Positions 30,252 through 33,434 of a DNA stretch of 33,434 nucleotides are shown here, in pieces. The notes beneath the pieces were generated by a model. That model made no database searches, was not told the DNA's origin, and saw only the letters and a program-made list of their open reading frames with translations. The stretch's first letter is position 1. Each line of letters opens with the position of its first letter. Made by a program: the position numbers and the translations under genes. Where the stretch lies: positions 136,867,858-136,901,291 of the forward strand of contig NC_068983.1 in NCBI RefSeq assembly GCF_001194135.2, read 5' to 3'. The DNA is from Octopus bimaculoides. Taxonomy: Eukaryota.

Positions 30252-31879
30252 GCGTAAATAACCAAGCTGGGCCCACCTGGTTATATACGACAAAAATATT
30301 ACGGTAGCATCAAGTATCACGACTCAATAAATGAGAAGGCTGCTTTCATTACTGATATTTGCATTAGACAGCTCGCTGTTATACACATATAAACAACCAT
30401 AGTTGTTCGTTTTGTTTTCTTTAAGTAAAGTAACGAGCTCCCTAGTAAATACCATGACTGGCATCCTTTTTAATCAGCATCCCTGATTTACGTGCTCTGT
30501 TAACGTTAAGTTAACATCTGATCGTTATTTTGATATTTACTTTCTATATACCATCTACATACTGTGCTTCTCTTTTTAATATCTACCTACAATGCTTTTC
30601 TCAACATATATTGATATTCTTTGCATTAAAGATATTAGCGGCACTTGTCTAATTAACGCAAAATACCTGTTCCTATTCAGTTGAAAGACACAAGTTATAT
30701 CTCGTCACACTATGTCTATTTTGTCAATATCTCTGCTGCTTCTTTTTGTAAGCATCTTACATGGTTTATCTATACCCTTAATACATGCAGATTATATAGT
30801 TCTAATTGACATGTATAGTCAGTCTGGTTAGAATCTACAAGTTATGTGTACCCATTCACTAGTCACAATGATAGTGTATGTATTGCAATACCAGAGCTTC
30901 TGAGAGAAATTCAGTAAGGCAAAACAAGATTAGTTTAAGTCCCTGAAAAAGGAGGAGTGTCATCTTAGACTCCAAATAGGATTGTGATTTTCTTTTCTTT
31001 CTTTTTTCCTTTTATTTTTCTTTTTTTTATCAGTGAGACCTGGTAGATAGTCGACTGTATAGGTATGTATCTGGTTAGACTCTGATCTGGAATAATGCAA
31101 CTGTCTTTGCATCTTAGAATTTGCCAAGTCTGGTATTGTTCATATAGTCACTGGCCACCACCGTCCCACCACAGATGAACATGGTCTCTTCTTTAACTTT
31201 TTGAGCCCAAGACTGATATACCAACTGAAACCCCTTTTATAGGTCCTTAGAATATATATTTTGCTATATATTTAGTCTGTACAAGATTGTGACACAAGCA
31301 TAACTAACATGACATCAGTTTTCAGGAAATTTATAGATGGAAAGTCTTGTGCTGCTTTTAAGTATTGTAGGTTGATTATCCTTCCATATTAATATCCCCT
31401 CAGTACCCAGACGTCGTTTTGTGCAGTCACAGGTTAGCTCATACCTATATCATATGGGTAGTTAGTCAAATGTCTTAGCACATCGACCTAATAAATTCAT
31501 AGACCTATTGTTTTGCTGAACTGAAGACCATGCTGCACACTGCAACATGCAATGGTTAATCATGTATGCAGTGTTGCACTCTGGACATATACTCCGGTCT
31601 ATTTCTGTGCACCATTTGTTGCACCTGAGGCCAAGCTTTATTAAACAGAATGATCAAAAGCATTTCACCTGTTATCATACCATCATTTAAGAGGTATCTT
31701 GAATTATATAATCAAATGTATCCTTTTTTTTTTAAGATGATGAAGGGTGAATAGGGGATGATTAATTTGTTATTTTCAGCCAGGTAAAAAATTATATCCA
31801 GTAGAGTTTCTTAAATATTTTATGATTCCAGCTCCTCCAAAATTTACTCATTGTATCCCCTTAGCTCCTTCATTAGACT

Positions 31880-32990
31880 GTCCAAATCATCATCATTGTC
31901 ATTGTTGTTGTCGTCATCATAATCATCATCAGTTCAGTTAGGTACCACTCCCTTGTGAACTCACAATGTTGCAAGGGGTCGCCACCCCAGGTTAAGAACT
32001 ACTGAAACAGAAGTCTCTTCATTGGCTTATATGTCGATAGACTTTTGTGTGGCCATGGTGAATGTGGATCACAACTGTTACTGTCCTTCTACATTTACCA
32101 TCGACAGTATGTGCATTGAAGTATAGTGTTTGAGACTGGTGAAGTTATTGATATTGCTGCTATGTTTGTTCACATGTAACTGCTATTGTTTGTTTGGACT
32201 GAGTGGGAGAGATAGTGATTTTAGAATAGTATTAATGCAAGAGTTTTCCAGATGCTTGTGGTCTTGCTGTTTGGATGTGCTTTGCATGTAGTGGCAGGGA
32301 CTGTGAGAAATAAAGTTTGCTGAAGCAACAAAGTGTTCTCCTCACATGTTTATATGGCCTTTCATTTCTAGATTTTTCTGTTTTTAATGATGTGTAGACG
32401 GTCTGTGGAGATGTACTGGACCCAGGCTGTGTTAGCGCAATCCATGGGACTAATGTATTGATTGTAGGCTAATCTTGTTTTTTTTTTTTTTGTATTAAGC
32501 AAATGTGTTACTTGTAGGCACTCTAAGTTCATGTGTGCATTGTTTGCCAAGTCTTCTATGTGTATAGTGGATGTTATGAACGTTATTATGTATCTCCTAG
32601 TTTATTTTATCTTTTGTAAGTGTGGTTATTTATGTTGCTGAGTTTGATGGTTGATTGACTTCAATGTTCTCTGATGTTGCTGGAAAGAGGCAGACAGAGT
32701 ATTTTGTAAGGTGCTACTTAATGTTGTTTCTCTGTAGTTTATAAAGGTCTGAAGTAGTTGTGCAGTTGTGTTTGCAGAAAATGAGGGGATGTGAGTATGA
32801 TGTAATCTGCATATGTGTGTATGGAGGTACCAAAAAGTTGTATAAGTATGTATTAAAAGACAGAGTAAAAGGACACCCTTGTGGTACTCTGTTCAGAAAA
32901 TTTCAGATTCTGGAAGTGTTGCTTTTGTACCCTGCAAGGGTATGGCAACCTCACAGGTAGTTTTATAGCCAGCCCTTTGTTTTGTTTGTT
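31880..32990 (-). mobile_element. decayed LINE 3' half (I/Ingi-like RT)
   Basis: Minus translation gives RVPQGCPFTLSFNTY and TYADYIILTSPH (RT PQG and YADD motifs), then a downstream HGH-like motif. It ends in a (TGA)n-like tail at ~31880-31930. Confidence 0.5.
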
Positions 32991-33091
32991 AAGAAATTGA
33001 GTTTTTTTTTTTTTTTTCGTATAAGGGAAGAGTAGGAGATGAAGTTGAAAGCTTTATTAATATCAATGGTAGTTAGAGTGATATATATGAG

Positions 33092-33434
33092 TCAATGGAC
33101 ATGTTGGACAACATTCAGGGGGCTTCTATGGCGTACATGGAGGCTATGGTTTTGGTTCCCGCAATGAGGAGGGAACCAGGCTGCAGGAGTTCTGTGATGC
33201 AAATGACCTTATGATCTGCAATACTAACTTCAGGAAACCTGCCAGTCACCTAGTCACCTACCGTTCTGGCAGGCACACAAGCCAAATTGACTACATCCTC
33301 GCCAGGAAAAGGGAAAGACGGCTGTTCAGAAATGCCAAAACATTCCCAGGCGAAGAATGTACCCCACAACATAGACTAGTAGTTAGTGACTTTAGGATCA
33401 GAGCTAAGTGGCTGCCCAGAAGACGACCAGCTTG
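33092..33434 (+). mobile_element. young 5'-truncated RTE LINE, APE endonuclease region (runs off the window)
   Basis: Open frame from 33094: NGHVGQHSGGFYGVHGGYGFGSRNEEGTRLQEFCDANDLMICNTNFRKPASHLVTYRSGRHTSQIDYILARKRERRLFRNAKTFPGEECTPQHRLVVSDF. These are classic RTE EN motifs with no stops. Confidence 0.9.

Noticed and set aside
30780-31540. Additional RTE-like RT remnant on the minus strand
   Set aside because: Only vague motif echoes and no convincing YADD or PQG motif, so it is left unclassified.

Overview
AT-rich animal genomic DNA, not prokaryotic. The SINE and LINE families look like those I recall from coleoid cephalopods, probably Octopus; this is inferred from recall, not from a search. 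There is one clear host gene: a minus-strand, ~1385-aa ZNF800-like C2H2/C2HC zinc-finger protein. Its CDS appears to lie in a single ~4.2-kb exon (6661-10818), just downstream of a strong splice acceptor at 10827. Its upstream exon(s) could not be located. Most of the rest is a dense mosaic of decayed transposons: tRNA-derived SINEs, RTE, R4/Dong, Penelope-like and I-group LINEs, a Gypsy remnant, two mariner relics, hAT-like MITEs and a Kolobok-like MITE. There is also a 239-nt assembly gap. The most notable points are: (1) an exactly length-conserved 75-aa two-finger module duplicated inside the protein, with a third, older copy; (2) a stack of four SINEs plus a Dong-type LINE joined through (AAT)n microsatellites; (3) an inverted MITE pair predicted to form intronic dsRNA; (4) sharp CpG-rich and CpG-poor domains that suggest where promoters and methylated gene bodies lie. 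I found no convincing wholly new multi-gene system. All TE classifications come from manual translation and motif recall.
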